Shown here in pieces: positions 1 to 9,716 of a DNA stretch of 64,000 nt. Positions within the stretch are counted from its first letter, which is position 1, and each line of letters starts with the position of its first letter. This stretch comes from Candidatus Uhrbacteria bacterium (GTDB lineage Bacteria; Patescibacteriota; Patescibacteriia; UBA9934; GWF2-40-263). The notes beneath the pieces are model-generated. The model saw nothing but the letters and a program-made list of their open reading frames with translations, was not told the DNA's origin and searched no databases. The translations under genes and the position numbers were made by a program. The stretch spans positions 1,821-65,820 of the forward strand of contig JACPHX010000020.1 in the NCBI GenBank assembly GCA_016188425.1, given 5' to 3'.

Positions 1-1715
1 GCGAACCGTTCCAAAGACGTGTCGGCATCCGTTTCGCCTGTTTGAAGCGCGTAGAGTTTGCCGTTATAGAGATCCAGGTCAACCCATTTCGTCTGCTCTG
101 GTTGTGAAACGTTGGCGGAGGAAACCGTCCAGGTTTTTGTGTCTAATCGGTTCAATGTCCGGCTCGTCTCATCCAGAATATAGCTTCCGGTTGCCTGCGC
201 CCCCGCAAGGGATGGGGCGCCCAATGTTCCTGTCAGGGTGAGCGGCGTCAGGGTATTCGCGGGGATGTTGTATCGGTACCCGCTGCCATTTTTTCCGATA
301 AGGATCAAGTCGCTTTCGATGGGGAAGAATGCCACGGCCTGTCCGCTGCCGGTTGGGGTCAGGATAGAGGGGTGGCTGATGACGGTTTCGCGTCGCAATC
401 CTTGTTCAAGGGCAGTCATGGTTTCTTGGAATCCGGCAACCGTGTCGGTATCAGCCCCTGTTTGTCCTTGCCAGGCGCTCAGTCGTATTTTTGCTTCCGT
501 GAGCAACTCTCGCGTTCTTGATTCGTTTTTATAAATAAGCGCCGCCTGCGCTTCATCCAGCAATCCTTTTATTTCCCTCCCTTTTGCCGCTTGCGCTTCC
601 ACGGCGGTTTTTTCCTGGTGTCGGTTTCGTACGAGCACGATTCCGCCGCCAAAAAGAAGGAGGCAGAGGATGCCGCACAGGATGAGGATTCGTCCACGGA
701 CGGGTACACCCCGATAGCGACGGCGCCAAGGAAGGATTTTATCCCGAAGCAATGTTCGGGGGGAGTTGCTTGCCGGGTGGGTCTGCTTCTCCTTTTTCCG
801 TTGAGCCACGAAGCTTGATACTGTGGCGGGAATACGGACGATGGTGCGCCGGATGACCGCAAAGACCCCGTGTCCTTCTTGGAGGGTTCGGGCGGGCGAT
901 GAACGTCGCTTCAAACGCGAAAGGAGGCCTTTGAGCGGGGAAGGAGCATGGTCGCCGATCATATCCTCCGTCGTTTCTGAAAGGAGGAGGAGCTCTTGGG
1001 CGGATCGGTCTTTCGTGGTATCAAGTCGGACACGCGGTTCGCGGATCTCGCTGGCTTGGATGAGGACGGCGGCGAGTTCCGCCGCGGCTGGCAGGTATTG
1101 CCGGATGCGTTCCGCCGCCCCTTTGGGCGGGAGGGTCGCGAGCAGAGCGTGGAGTTCCTGGGCGGGGATATCGCGGGGCAAATCGCGGCTGGCGGCGCAC
1201 CAGACATCGCCGGCGTTCAGGCGTCCGTCCAGAAGCACGGCGAAGGGCTTTTCCCAGGAGGGAAGTACTTGTTCCGTCTGTATGCTGCGAGCAAGGTTGA
1301 ACACTTGGTAGCGTCCGTCCTCCGTGCGGTGGAGGAAGAGCACGCACAGGTCTCCGGCTCCCGAGAGGAACATATCTTGCTCGCAGACCACGCAAGCCAC
1401 GGCATGGAACTCTTGGATGGGAATGGAAAGGGCGCCGGTGCGTACTTCATGGGCCAGATGATGGTTGAGCCCGCTTAAAAACTGTTCGAATCGGTGTTCC
1501 GCATTCGATCCTTTCTTGATGCTTTCTGCGAGGCGGTTGAGGTGTTCCCGGAAAAGTTCGTTGACAAGTTGGCCCGCATCTGTTTTTGTTTTGATGGCGC
1601 ACAGGCCAGCCACATATCCGACCCGATCGGTGAGCGGGAACAAAAAGGTCGCCAGGTGCATGCGGCTTTTTGGGGGGAGGGCAAGGATTTCATGGGCTTT
1701 CAACTCAAATGCCAT
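1..1715 (-). CDS. Large membrane-anchored protein: degenerate PP2C-like N-terminal domain, then a probable TM helix and extracellular domain; runs off the window edge
   Basis: Hand translation from ATG at 1715: MAFELKAHEILALPPKSRMHLATFLFPLTDRVGYVAGLCAIK...EHRFEQFLSGLNHHL...FLSGAGDLCVLFLHR...FAVLLDGRLNAGDVW. Absent from the ORF track, probably because it has no stop inside the window; only the N-terminal part was translated in full. Confidence 0.65.
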   Translation of the reverse strand, partial: MAFELKAHEILALPPKSRMHLATFLFPLTDRVGYVAGLCAIKTKTDAGQLVNELFREHLNRLAESIKKGSNAEHRFEQFLSGLNHHLAHEVRTGALSIPIQEFHAVACVVCEQDMFLSGAGDLCVLFLHRTEDGRYQVFNLARSIQTEQVLPSWEKPFAVLLDGRLNAGDVWCAASRDLPRDIPAQELHALLATLPPKGAAERIRQYLPAAAELAAVLIQASEIREPRVRLDTTKDRSAQELLLLSETTEDMIGDHAPSPLKGLLSRLKRRSSPARTLQEGHGVFAVIRRTIVRIPATVSSFVAQRKKEKQTHPASNSPRTLLRDKILPWRRRYRGVPVRGRILILCGILCLLLFGGGIVLVRNRHQEKTAVEAQAAKGREIKGLLDEAQAALIYKNESRTRELLTEAKIRLSAWQGQTGADTDTVAGFQETMTALEQGLRRETVISHPSILTPTGSGQAVAFFPIESDLILIGKNGSGYRYNIPANTLTPLTLTGTLGAPSLAGAQATGSYILDETSRTLNRLDTKTWTVSSANVSQPEQTKWVDLDLYNGKLYALQTGETDADTSLERF

Positions 1716-1789
1716 GCGGTTGCTCGGGGGGAATAGCTCGGGTACATTATACCCAAGGAGGCAAAGGCATCAATGCGGATTTATTTTTT

Positions 1790-2407
1790 GTGGAATCACT
1801 TCCCATCAAACTAGAACAGTTATTTGGCTCAAAAACCAGGGCGCAGCTTCTCTGGCTCTTTTTAGACCATCCCGAGCAGGCATTTTTTGTCCGGGAACTG
1901 ACCCGGCGCATCCATGCGCAACTCAATTCGGTGCGGCGAGAGCTGAAGAACCTCATCGAGCTCGGCGTGGTCGTCGAACGGCTGGCGGTTCCCAGCGCGG
2001 CGGCGGGAGGTGCAAAGCTTCTGTCCGAAAAGAAACGGTTTTACGCCGCCAATCCCGCCAGCATTCTCTTCGATGACTTGAAAGCGTTGTTCAAAAAAGT
2101 TCGGATCTTATTGCGGCAACATCTGGTCTCCGAAATCGAACAGCATGGCAGCGTCGAGTACGTGGCCTTCATGGGGAAGTTTATCGATGAAACATCGTCG
2201 GCAACGGATCTGATCATCGTCGGTTCGGTCGACCCCGGAAAAGTAAAACAGGTCGTGAAGGTGTTTGAAGACGAGCTTGGTTCGGAGATCAACTACACCT
2301 ACATGCCCAAAGACGAATTCCTGTATCGGCGGCAGGTGACGGACCGATTCCTGTCCTCGCTCCTGGATGCAAAAAAAGTGGTCGTCCTCAATAAGCTCGG
2401 GATTTGA
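1790..2407 (+). CDS. ArsR/wHTH regulator fused to a degenerate nucleotidyltransferase-like domain
   Basis: LEQLFGSKTRAQLLWLF...FVRELTRRIHAQLNSVRRELKNL (wHTH); C-terminal DLIIVG...EINYT; GTG start at 1790. Confidence 0.75.
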   Translation: MESLPIKLEQLFGSKTRAQLLWLFLDHPEQAFFVRELTRRIHAQLNSVRRELKNLIELGVVVERLAVPSAAAGGAKLLSEKKRFYAANPASILFDDLKALFKKVRILLRQHLVSEIEQHGSVEYVAFMGKFIDETSSATDLIIVGSVDPGKVKQVVKVFEDELGSEINYTYMPKDEFLYRRQVTDRFLSSLLDAKKVVVLNKLGI

Positions 2408-2410
2408 GGT

Positions 2411-2812
2411 ATGGCCGTTTCGCTGCTTATAGATGGGCACGACATTCGGTGGATATTTTTTGCGATCATCGCGGAGGGGGGAGGAGGGAGGGGGGAGGTG
2501 AAGGGGATGCAACAGGTTTTTGCAGAGCCGGAGGGATTCTTGGGCGCGTTGGATGGTTTTTTGAATAGACAGGGGGAAAAGCTTCCGGACGTCGATGCCC
2601 TTTATGCCGTCCCTGGCCCCGGATCATTTACCGCTTGCCGCACATCGATCGCCCTTGTGAATGGCATCGCCTGGACCCGGTCGCTTCCGCTCTTTTCGAT
2701 TCCTCCGCTGTCGGCGCCGACGGTCGAGGATGTGCGCGATGCGCTCGCGCAGGCAAAACCCGTCTTGCTTCCGCTGGCTCCTGCCTACGACCGTCCACCG
2801 ACCATAACCTGA
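2411..2812 (+). CDS. tsaB: tRNA threonylcarbamoyladenosine biosynthesis protein TsaB (short form)
   Basis: GPGSFTACRTSIALVNGIA motif; ends in a P-x-Y-x-x-P-P-x-I-T tail. Confidence 0.75.
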   Translation: MAVSLLIDGHDIRWIFFAIIAEGGGGRGEVKGMQQVFAEPEGFLGALDGFLNRQGEKLPDVDALYAVPGPGSFTACRTSIALVNGIAWTRSLPLFSIPPLSAPTVEDVRDALAQAKPVLLPLAPAYDRPPTIT

Positions 2813-2822
2813 TCCTCCCCCT

Positions 2823-4355
2823 GTGTTACTCCATTACCAAGTTGACACGAATACGAAGCAGCAAACGGCGTACCAATATGGGGACAGCCGTTTTTGGGAA
2901 ATGGTTCCGGGGCTGCTCGTGTGGGGCACGCTTCTTTTTGCTCTCGGGCTTTCGGTCTTGCGCCCGCTGTGGGCGATCGTGTTCGTCGTGGTGTTTGATT
3001 TGTATTGGTTGATCCGCGTGTTGTATTTCAGCGTCTTCCTTTGGGTTTCTTATCGACGGTATCGGGAGGCGACAGCGACCCTGTGGGGGGAGAAGTTGCG
3101 GAGTCTTCCGCGGGCGGCGGCGTTGCATCATCTCATTTTCCTTCCCACCGTCGAGGAGGATGTCTCCATCCTGCGGAAGACATTGCGCGCCTTGGCCGCC
3201 TCGAGTTTTCCCGCGAAACGGATGATCGTGGTGCTCGCGGGAGAAGAGAAGTTTCAGACGGAGTTCCGGGCGCGGGCCGATCACATGCAACGAGAATTCG
3301 GATCGCGGTTTGCCGCCGTTCTGGCGACCGTGCACCCGCGCGGGCTTCCGGGGGAGATCCCTGGAAAGGGATCCAATTTACACTGGGTCGGGTTGCAGAT
3401 GGAACAATGGCTTCGTGAGCATCTGCCCACGGTGGCGGATGAAGACCTCATCGTGTCGGCATTCGATGTGGATACCGTCGTGCATCCGGAATATTTTTCG
3501 TATTTGAGCTGGCTGTATGCGACCGCGTCCCGCCCCGAGCGCAGCTCCTACCAGCCGGTGGCTCTCTACGGCAATAACATTTGGACGGCACCCGCGCCTG
3601 TGCGCGTGGCGGCCTTTGGAACCAGTTTCTGGCTGATGGGGGAGATGTCGCGTCCGGAACGGTTGTGGACTTTTTCTTCGCATTCCATGCCCTGGAAGAT
3701 GGTGCGGGACATCCGGTTCTGGCAGAAAGATATCGTGAGCGAAGATTCGCGTATTTTTTTACAAGGGTTCATTCATTATCATGGCGATTTTCGCGTGACG
3801 CCGATGTATTTGCCGGTTTCGATGGATGCCGTAAGCGGCGCGAGTTATACGGATTCGTTGCGTAATCTTTACAAGCAACTGCGCCGGTGGGCGTGGGGGG
3901 TGGAACACCTGCCCGTGATGGTCCGTGAGTTTTCCCGCGATAGGCAGATGCCGTTTTGGAAAAAAATCCGTTCCGTGTTCAACCATATAGAAGGGATGTA
4001 CACCTGGGCCACCGCGCCGATCCTTATCTTCGTTTTGGGGTGGCTTCCGCTTCAACTCGCGGATCCATCGGAGGTGCTTGTGCAAGTGTCTCCGACGACC
4101 TTGGCGATCGTGATGCGCGCCGCGACCGCGGGGATTCTGCTGACGGGGGTGTTGGCGTTCCGGCTTCTTCCTCCGCGTCCCGGCACCGTTCCTCGGCGTA
4201 CGTGGCTCTTTATGGGGCTTCAGTGGCTGATGCTGCCGGTGACATTCGTTGTGTTTGGTTCGCTCCCCGCCATCGATGCGCAGACCCGGTTGATGATCGG
4301 CCGGTACTTGGGGTTCAATGTCACGGAGAAAAAGGCGCTAGGCGCCAGGCGTTAG
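2823..4355 (+). CDS. Membrane glycosyltransferase family 2
   Basis: GKGSN, FDVDT, SED and QLRRWAWG (QxxRW) motifs; several TM segments. Confidence 0.85.
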   Translation: MLLHYQVDTNTKQQTAYQYGDSRFWEMVPGLLVWGTLLFALGLSVLRPLWAIVFVVVFDLYWLIRVLYFSVFLWVSYRRYREATATLWGEKLRSLPRAAALHHLIFLPTVEEDVSILRKTLRALAASSFPAKRMIVVLAGEEKFQTEFRARADHMQREFGSRFAAVLATVHPRGLPGEIPGKGSNLHWVGLQMEQWLREHLPTVADEDLIVSAFDVDTVVHPEYFSYLSWLYATASRPERSSYQPVALYGNNIWTAPAPVRVAAFGTSFWLMGEMSRPERLWTFSSHSMPWKMVRDIRFWQKDIVSEDSRIFLQGFIHYHGDFRVTPMYLPVSMDAVSGASYTDSLRNLYKQLRRWAWGVEHLPVMVREFSRDRQMPFWKKIRSVFNHIEGMYTWATAPILIFVLGWLPLQLADPSEVLVQVSPTTLAIVMRAATAGILLTGVLAFRLLPPRPGTVPRRTWLFMGLQWLMLPVTFVVFGSLPAIDAQTRLMIGRYLGFNVTEKKALGARR

Positions 4356-4457
4356 GTATCGAGGAGTTAGGAGCAGTAGAAAACAAGCAAGGAAACAATG
4401 ATCTGGGATCGTCCGTCCGCCCCCCCCTAGCGCCCAACGCCTAGCGTCTCCCCCCCT
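4333..4457. repeat. Heptamer-period inverted tandem repeat element
   Basis: ggcgcta-ggcgcca-ggcgtta arm and complementary ctagcgc-ccaacgc-ctagcgt arm. Confidence 0.7.
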
Positions 4458-4459
4458 CT

Positions 4460-5536
4460 ATGACCGAAACCATCTCAATCCATCTGGTCACCTGGAACAG
4501 CGCCCGCCATTTGCCGGCGCTTTTGGAGTCGATCCAAGCGCAGAGCGAGCCGCGTTTCTCGGTGCGCGTGGTGGATAATGCTTCCGAAGACCGGTCGCGA
4601 GAGATTGTGCGGGAGCAATTTCCCAGCGCGCTCCTCATGCGCAATGCGCGTAACAACGGGTTTGCGAGCGCGCATAACCAAGCGATTCGCTACGCGCTCG
4701 ACCATTGGGAGGGAGAAGACCTGTCTGACAAGTATATAGTGCTCATCAATCCGGACATCATCCTGAAACCGACATGCCTAGAGGAATTGCTTCGGGTGGC
4801 GCGGGCGCATCCGTCCGCCTCTTGCGTCGGCGCGAAACTGCTTCGGACATTCACGGAAAGCGGGAGCGATGAGGTGTTGTCGGAAAAGACTCCGTCGGAC
4901 ATCATCGATTCATTGGGACTGCATCCGCATCGGAACCGTTCGATCACGGAGTGGCGCGCGGGCGAGCTTGATCGAGATCCCCATCCCGCCGGGCGGATGC
5001 AAGGCACAGAGGGGGAAGAGGAAGAGGTGTTCGGCATCTCCGGCGCGCTCGCGCTGTATCGGGCCAGCGCCCTGGCGGATGCCTCGGCAGAAGGGGCCGT
5101 ATTCGATCCGTCGTTTTTTTCTTACAAGGAGGATGTGGATTTGGCGTGGCGGCTGCGATGGCTGGGATACGAGGCTTGGTGTGCGCCAAGAGCCGCGGCC
5201 TTCCACGAACGAGGGATGGCCGCGCCGTCTCTGCATGGCTTTTGGGCGCGCGTCTCGCATCGACGACGCCAGCCGGACCGACGAAAATATTATTCGAACC
5301 GCAACCACTGGCTCTTGCTCATCAAGAACGAATCCGCAGGCAGCCTGTTCCTGTCTGCTCCTTGGATCCTCTTGCACGAAGCGAAGCGCGTGCTGTACAC
5401 CCTGTGCATAGAACCGTTGGGGCTTGGAGCATTCGCGTCCGCTTTTCTTGGATTTCCGCGTGCTTGGAAAGCCAGGCGCTTGCTGATATCCCGCCGACGC
5501 GTGAGTCCCAAGGATATGCGGAAATGGTTTGTATGA
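4460..5536 (+). CDS. Glycosyltransferase family 2
   Basis: VVDNASED, NNGFASAHN, LINPD, FFSYKEDVDLAWR. Confidence 0.9.
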   Translation: MTETISIHLVTWNSARHLPALLESIQAQSEPRFSVRVVDNASEDRSREIVREQFPSALLMRNARNNGFASAHNQAIRYALDHWEGEDLSDKYIVLINPDIILKPTCLEELLRVARAHPSASCVGAKLLRTFTESGSDEVLSEKTPSDIIDSLGLHPHRNRSITEWRAGELDRDPHPAGRMQGTEGEEEEVFGISGALALYRASALADASAEGAVFDPSFFSYKEDVDLAWRLRWLGYEAWCAPRAAAFHERGMAAPSLHGFWARVSHRRRQPDRRKYYSNRNHWLLLIKNESAGSLFLSAPWILLHEAKRVLYTLCIEPLGLGAFASAFLGFPRAWKARRLLISRRRVSPKDMRKWFV

Positions 5537-6396
5537 TTTCCATCCTGATCGTCCACTACAATACGCCTGGTCTCCTGCGGCAAACATTGCGCGGGTTTGA
5601 GCGCTGTCCTCCGACGGTCCCATTTGAGTTGGTGGTGGTGGATAACAATCCCACGCAGCGGGTCGCGAGTTGGGTTGCGGCCGAATTTCCGCAGGTAAAA
5701 CTGGTTGTGTCAGAATACAATCGCGGGTTTGGCGGAGCCATGAACGTGGCGGCCGCCGCGGCCGCGGGCGATTATCTGTTTGTATTCAATCCCGACATCG
5801 CGATTTTTCCAGGCGTATTGGAAGGGCTCACTTCGTTTCTGGACGAGAACCCCGATGTGGGAGTGGTAGGCCCGCAACTGCGCAACGCGGATGGCACGGT
5901 GCAATATAGTTGTTACCGTTTTATGACCCCCGCGATCGTCCTGTACCGGCGCCTGCCTGGGGCCGCGCTGTTTGCAAAGGCTCGCAGCGTTGTTTCCTCC
6001 TATCTCATGGAGGATGCCGACCATTCCAAGGTGCAAGATGTTGATTATCTCCTGGGGGCCTCGTTGTTTATGCGTCGGACGCTGTTTCAAAAATTAGGCG
6101 GGTTCGACCCCAAGTTGTTCATGTATTTTGAGGACCAGGATTTTTGTCGCCGAACCTGGATGTCGGGGTCGAGGGTTGTGTATTATCCCCTGGTCCACCT
6201 GGTTCACTACCATCGACGGGAAACCGCCCACGGAAACGTGCTGCGACAGCTTTTTCAGCGTCTGACGCGTATTCAAATGCGCAGCGCGTGGTATTATTTC
6301 CGTAAATATAAAGGACAGGAGAATCCAAGGAGGGGGGGAGGGTGGAGGGGGGAGGGGGGAGACAGGGAGCGGGGAGCGAATGGACCTGCAAGCTGA
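5533..6396 (+). CDS. Glycosyltransferase family 2 (rhamnosyltransferase-like)
   Basis: ATG at 5533 overlaps the upstream stop; VVDNN, NRGFGGAMN, FNPD, FMYFEDQDFCRR; C-terminus extended by a G-rich repeat. Confidence 0.88.
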   Translation: MISILIVHYNTPGLLRQTLRGFERCPPTVPFELVVVDNNPTQRVASWVAAEFPQVKLVVSEYNRGFGGAMNVAAAAAAGDYLFVFNPDIAIFPGVLEGLTSFLDENPDVGVVGPQLRNADGTVQYSCYRFMTPAIVLYRRLPGAALFAKARSVVSSYLMEDADHSKVQDVDYLLGASLFMRRTLFQKLGGFDPKLFMYFEDQDFCRRTWMSGSRVVYYPLVHLVHYHRRETAHGNVLRQLFQRLTRIQMRSAWYYFRKYKGQENPRRGGGWRGEGGDRERGANGPAS

Positions 6397-6479
6397 TTTT
6401 GTACCCTTGGTTGTTTCCATTCCTTCCTACCCCTTTTCCCAATCCTCCTCCCTCCCCCCTCCACTCCTCCCACCTCTCT

Positions 6480-8498
6480 ATGCCTCAACCCCCAACCTTA
6501 CTAACTGCAACCCCCCTCCCACCAAAGAGGAAATCACCTCACCGTGCCGGTCGGCTGATCCTTCTTGGGTTGTTGGTGCTCATTGTGTGGATAAGCACCA
6601 CCCTTGTGTTTGCTTTGCTCGCGGCCCGAGCGGCATTTGCGGGGCGGGATGCGTTATTGGCGGCCCGTGGGGAGATTGAATCCATGCAATTTTCCGCCGC
6701 CGCGGATTCATTGAAGCGTTCCGGAGATCAGTTCCGCGTGGCGCAATCTCGACTTGCCTTTATCACCCCTTGGGATCATCTGCCTTATACCGGCGATCAG
6801 CTCATGGCCATCAAGGGTTTAGTGGAGGGGGGCGTACAGGTGGCAGATGTCCTTTCTTCCCTTGTGGGTTTGGGTGAGGATCTCTTGGCTCTTTCTGACC
6901 TGTCCAAGGAACGACTTCTCGAGCTTCAGCAAGCCGGGGAAATTCCGCATGCCTACGCCACCCTTTCTCTGGATACAAAAGCGGCCTTGTTGCGCCGTCT
7001 CGAAGCCGCTTCGCCCGAATTGTTGCTTCTTTCAACAAAGCTTGATCTTATCGGTCGGTCACTGCAACAACAGGTATCCAACCAAGCGGTCGCCACGTTG
7101 CTTGCGGACGTGCTTCGTCCTGTCCGTGCCCAAGTAGGAGAACTCTCGGAGCGTTTGCGTGGCCTGTCTGCCTTTGCCCGTGTCGTCCCGTCGTTGCTTG
7201 GAACAGACAAAGATTCTCATCTGATGGTCCTTTTTCTTAACAACGATGAGCTGCGGCCTGGGGGTGGATTTTTGGGGACATTCGCCCAGGCCACTTTGCG
7301 GGTCGGGGAGTTGAAAGAGATTGCGGCGCACGACAGCTACTCGCTTGATACGCCTGCCGGCGGCGCTGGGGCAGTGATCCTTCCTCCGCCGGTCCCGTTG
7401 GAGCGGTACAACAATACCCACGGTTGGTTCCTTCGCGATGCGAATTGGTCGCCCGATTTTCCGACGTCCACCCAGCAAGTGCTGCGGCTGTATAAACATG
7501 AACGCGGCCAGCTTCCTCCAGAAGCCCAGGAGGAGTGGCCTTCGGAAGAACCGGATTTTGTTTTCGGCATGACGCCCGATGTCGCTTCCGCCTTGTTGAC
7601 GGCCACCGGGCCGCTTATGATCCGTGACACACGGATCACCTCGGAGAATATTTCGGAGGTGCTCCAGTACGAATCGCAAGTCGGGTTTGCCGATCGCGGG
7701 ATCCCGTTTGAACAACGCAAAACCATCCTGCTGGAATTGGTGCCCAAGATGCTTGAGCGATTGCAGGCGCTGCCGCTTTCCTCCGTTCGGAACGTGCTGT
7801 CGCTGTTGCAGGATCAAGCCGACCATCGGCAGCTGATGGCCTGGGCGCGCCAGCCATCCATTCAAGACACGTTTACGAGGCTTGGATGGGCGGGGGAGAT
7901 GAGCGCGCAAGGGGACGTGCAGATGGTGGTCGACGCCAATTTGGCGAGCTTAAAAACCGACCCTGTAGTTTTGCGGGCGATCCGGTATGAGATCAGCAAG
8001 AACACCGATGGAAAATATGTCGGGCGCACAACCATTCGATATGCGCACACGGGTTCTTTCGATTATAAAACAACCCGTTACCGCACCTACGTGCAGCTCT
8101 ATCTTCCCTCTGGCTCCGAATTGATCCGCGCCACCGGTTTGTTGCGAGACGATAGGATCAACGATCCGGACGGACATCCGGGAGAGGTTGATGTCAAAAC
8201 GGATGGCGGGTTCACCGCGTTGGGCGGCTTCACGTCGATTGAGCCGAGCCAGACCCGCGAGATCACCTTCGATTATTTGCTTGCTCCGTCGGTCGTGTCT
8301 CTGATTGATGCGGGAACCTATCGTCTGAACGTCATAAAGCAGCTGGGCGCGGACGATCGTGCATTGACGCTCCATCTCGATTTTGGTAAGACGCTCACAC
8401 GCGCATCTCCTTCGGAGGAACGGGACCATTGGGGCGACACCATCTACGATTGGTCGGGAGTTCTGGAAGGAAAGAGCGCGTTTGAGGTTGGACTGTAA
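6480..8498 (+). CDS. DUF4012-domain membrane-anchored protein
   Basis: LFLNNDELRPGGGFLG, RDANWSPDFPTS, VDANLASLKTD. Confidence 0.85.
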   Translation: MPQPPTLLTATPLPPKRKSPHRAGRLILLGLLVLIVWISTTLVFALLAARAAFAGRDALLAARGEIESMQFSAAADSLKRSGDQFRVAQSRLAFITPWDHLPYTGDQLMAIKGLVEGGVQVADVLSSLVGLGEDLLALSDLSKERLLELQQAGEIPHAYATLSLDTKAALLRRLEAASPELLLLSTKLDLIGRSLQQQVSNQAVATLLADVLRPVRAQVGELSERLRGLSAFARVVPSLLGTDKDSHLMVLFLNNDELRPGGGFLGTFAQATLRVGELKEIAAHDSYSLDTPAGGAGAVILPPPVPLERYNNTHGWFLRDANWSPDFPTSTQQVLRLYKHERGQLPPEAQEEWPSEEPDFVFGMTPDVASALLTATGPLMIRDTRITSENISEVLQYESQVGFADRGIPFEQRKTILLELVPKMLERLQALPLSSVRNVLSLLQDQADHRQLMAWARQPSIQDTFTRLGWAGEMSAQGDVQMVVDANLASLKTDPVVLRAIRYEISKNTDGKYVGRTTIRYAHTGSFDYKTTRYRTYVQLYLPSGSELIRATGLLRDDRINDPDGHPGEVDVKTDGGFTALGGFTSIEPSQTREITFDYLLAPSVVSLIDAGTYRLNVIKQLGADDRALTLHLDFGKTLTRASPSEERDHWGDTIYDWSGVLEGKSAFEVGL

Positions 8499-8507
8499 TT
8501 TTTTCTT

Positions 8508-9512
8508 GTGTTTCAAAAAAAAATCGGCATAGACCTTGGAACCACGACGGTGCTTGTGTATGCCCCGAAGCGGGGGATCATTATTCATGAACCCTCGGTT
8601 GTTGCTGTTTCGGTCATAGACAATAAGGTGTTGGCGGTGGGGAAGGAAGCCAAGGACATGCTTGGGCGCACCCCAGACACCATCGTCGCCCGCCGCCCGC
8701 TCAAGGACGGCGTGATTGCGGATTATCGCACCACCGAGGCCATGTTGCGGTATTTTATCAACAAAGCCCTGGGAGGATTTCGTCTGTTCCGCCCCGAAGT
8801 CATGGTGGCTGTTCCCGGAGGCATTACTTCTACGGAACGACGCGCGGTTATCGACGCGACCCTCTCTGCGGGCGCCAAGGCGGCCTACGTCATCCCGGAG
8901 CCGATCGTAGCGGCGATAGGGGCAAACATCCCCATCGGCTCGCCCTCGGGGCACATGATTATCGATATCGGGGGCGGTACGGCCGAGATGGCGGTCATTT
9001 CGTTGGGAGGCATCGTTGCCTCGGCTTCTATCCGCATCGGCGGGGTAAAGATCGATGCGGCCATCATGGAATACATCCGCCGCAAATATGGGCTCGCGAT
9101 CGGGGAGCGCACCTCGGAACAAATCAAGATAGACATCGGGGCGGCCATGTATATGCCGGAAAAGCTCACGATGGAGGTGCGCGGGCGCGACATGATCAGC
9201 GGCCTTCCAAAGATCATCACGGTCACAAGCGACGACGTCACCGCCGCGATCCAAAATGAACTTGAGGGCATCATCGCGACGGTCAAAGAAGTGTTGCACA
9301 AAACCCCGCCAGAGCTCGCCGCCGACGTCATGGACAAGGGCATTGTCATGTCCGGCGGTTCCTCCCAATTGCGCATGCTTGATCGTCTTATCGCGGAGGC
9401 CACGGGTGTTCCTACGTTCGTCGCGGAGGATACGCAGCAATGCGTGGTGAAGGGGACGGGGATCGCGCTGGAAAATTTGGAGGCGTATAAGAGGAGTATT
9501 TTTACGAGGTAG
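8508..9512 (+). CDS. mreB: Rod shape-determining protein MreB/Mbl
   Basis: IGIDLGT, RPLKDGVIADY, DIGGGT, SGGSSQLR. Confidence 0.95.
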   Translation: MFQKKIGIDLGTTTVLVYAPKRGIIIHEPSVVAVSVIDNKVLAVGKEAKDMLGRTPDTIVARRPLKDGVIADYRTTEAMLRYFINKALGGFRLFRPEVMVAVPGGITSTERRAVIDATLSAGAKAAYVIPEPIVAAIGANIPIGSPSGHMIIDIGGGTAEMAVISLGGIVASASIRIGGVKIDAAIMEYIRRKYGLAIGERTSEQIKIDIGAAMYMPEKLTMEVRGRDMISGLPKIITVTSDDVTAAIQNELEGIIATVKEVLHKTPPELAADVMDKGIVMSGGSSQLRMLDRLIAEATGVPTFVAEDTQQCVVKGTGIALENLEAYKRSIFTR

Positions 9513-9526
9513 ATGTCGAGTTTGAT

Positions 9527-9598
9527 TAATATACAAAACCTCCAATTTCTTGGAGGTTTTGTTGATCTCGGCTAACCCGAGAACTTGGCTTATCATCC
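9527..9598 (-). ncRNA. Putative ~70-nt small RNA whose 5' end is complementary to the adjacent tRNA-like element
   Basis: Starts 7 nt after the TATAGT -10 box: GGAUGAUAAGCCAAGU, then a UCUCGG/CCGAGA hairpin and the terminator hairpin. Confidence 0.5.
9533..9562. terminator. Bidirectional intrinsic terminator
   Basis: acaaaacctccaa-tttc-ttggaggttttgt, a perfect 13-bp stem after mreB. Confidence 0.75.
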
Positions 9599-9604
9599 GT
9601 GGAT

Positions 9605-9633
9605 ACTATACATGAACTTTTGACGGCAGTCAA
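9605..9633 (-). promoter_or_regulatory. Sigma70-type promoter
   Basis: TTGACT-N17-TATAGT on the minus strand with an upstream A-tract. Confidence 0.7.
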
Positions 9634-9644
9634 TTTTTTGAATG

Positions 9645-9713
9645 TGGTGGAGATGCGGGGATTTGCACCCCGGAGATTTTGGATGATAAGCCAAGTCCCG
9701 GACTATAGTCCCC
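9645..9713 (-). ncRNA. tRNA-like / tmRNA-3'-end-like element with encoded CCA and no D-loop
   Basis: GGGGACT...CCGGGGTGCAAATCCCCGCATCTCCACCA: intact T-arm, G3.U70-type pair, ACCA end. Confidence 0.5.
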
Positions 9714-9716
9714 ACA

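Noticed and set aside
7950-9596. 548-aa minus-strand ORF
   Set aside because: Antisense shadow of mreB and the DUF4012 gene, expected from GC3 bias.
9645-9713. Complete tmRNA or standard tRNA gene
   Set aside because: There is no tag-coding region or D-loop and the acceptor stem has two mismatches; kept only as tRNA-like.
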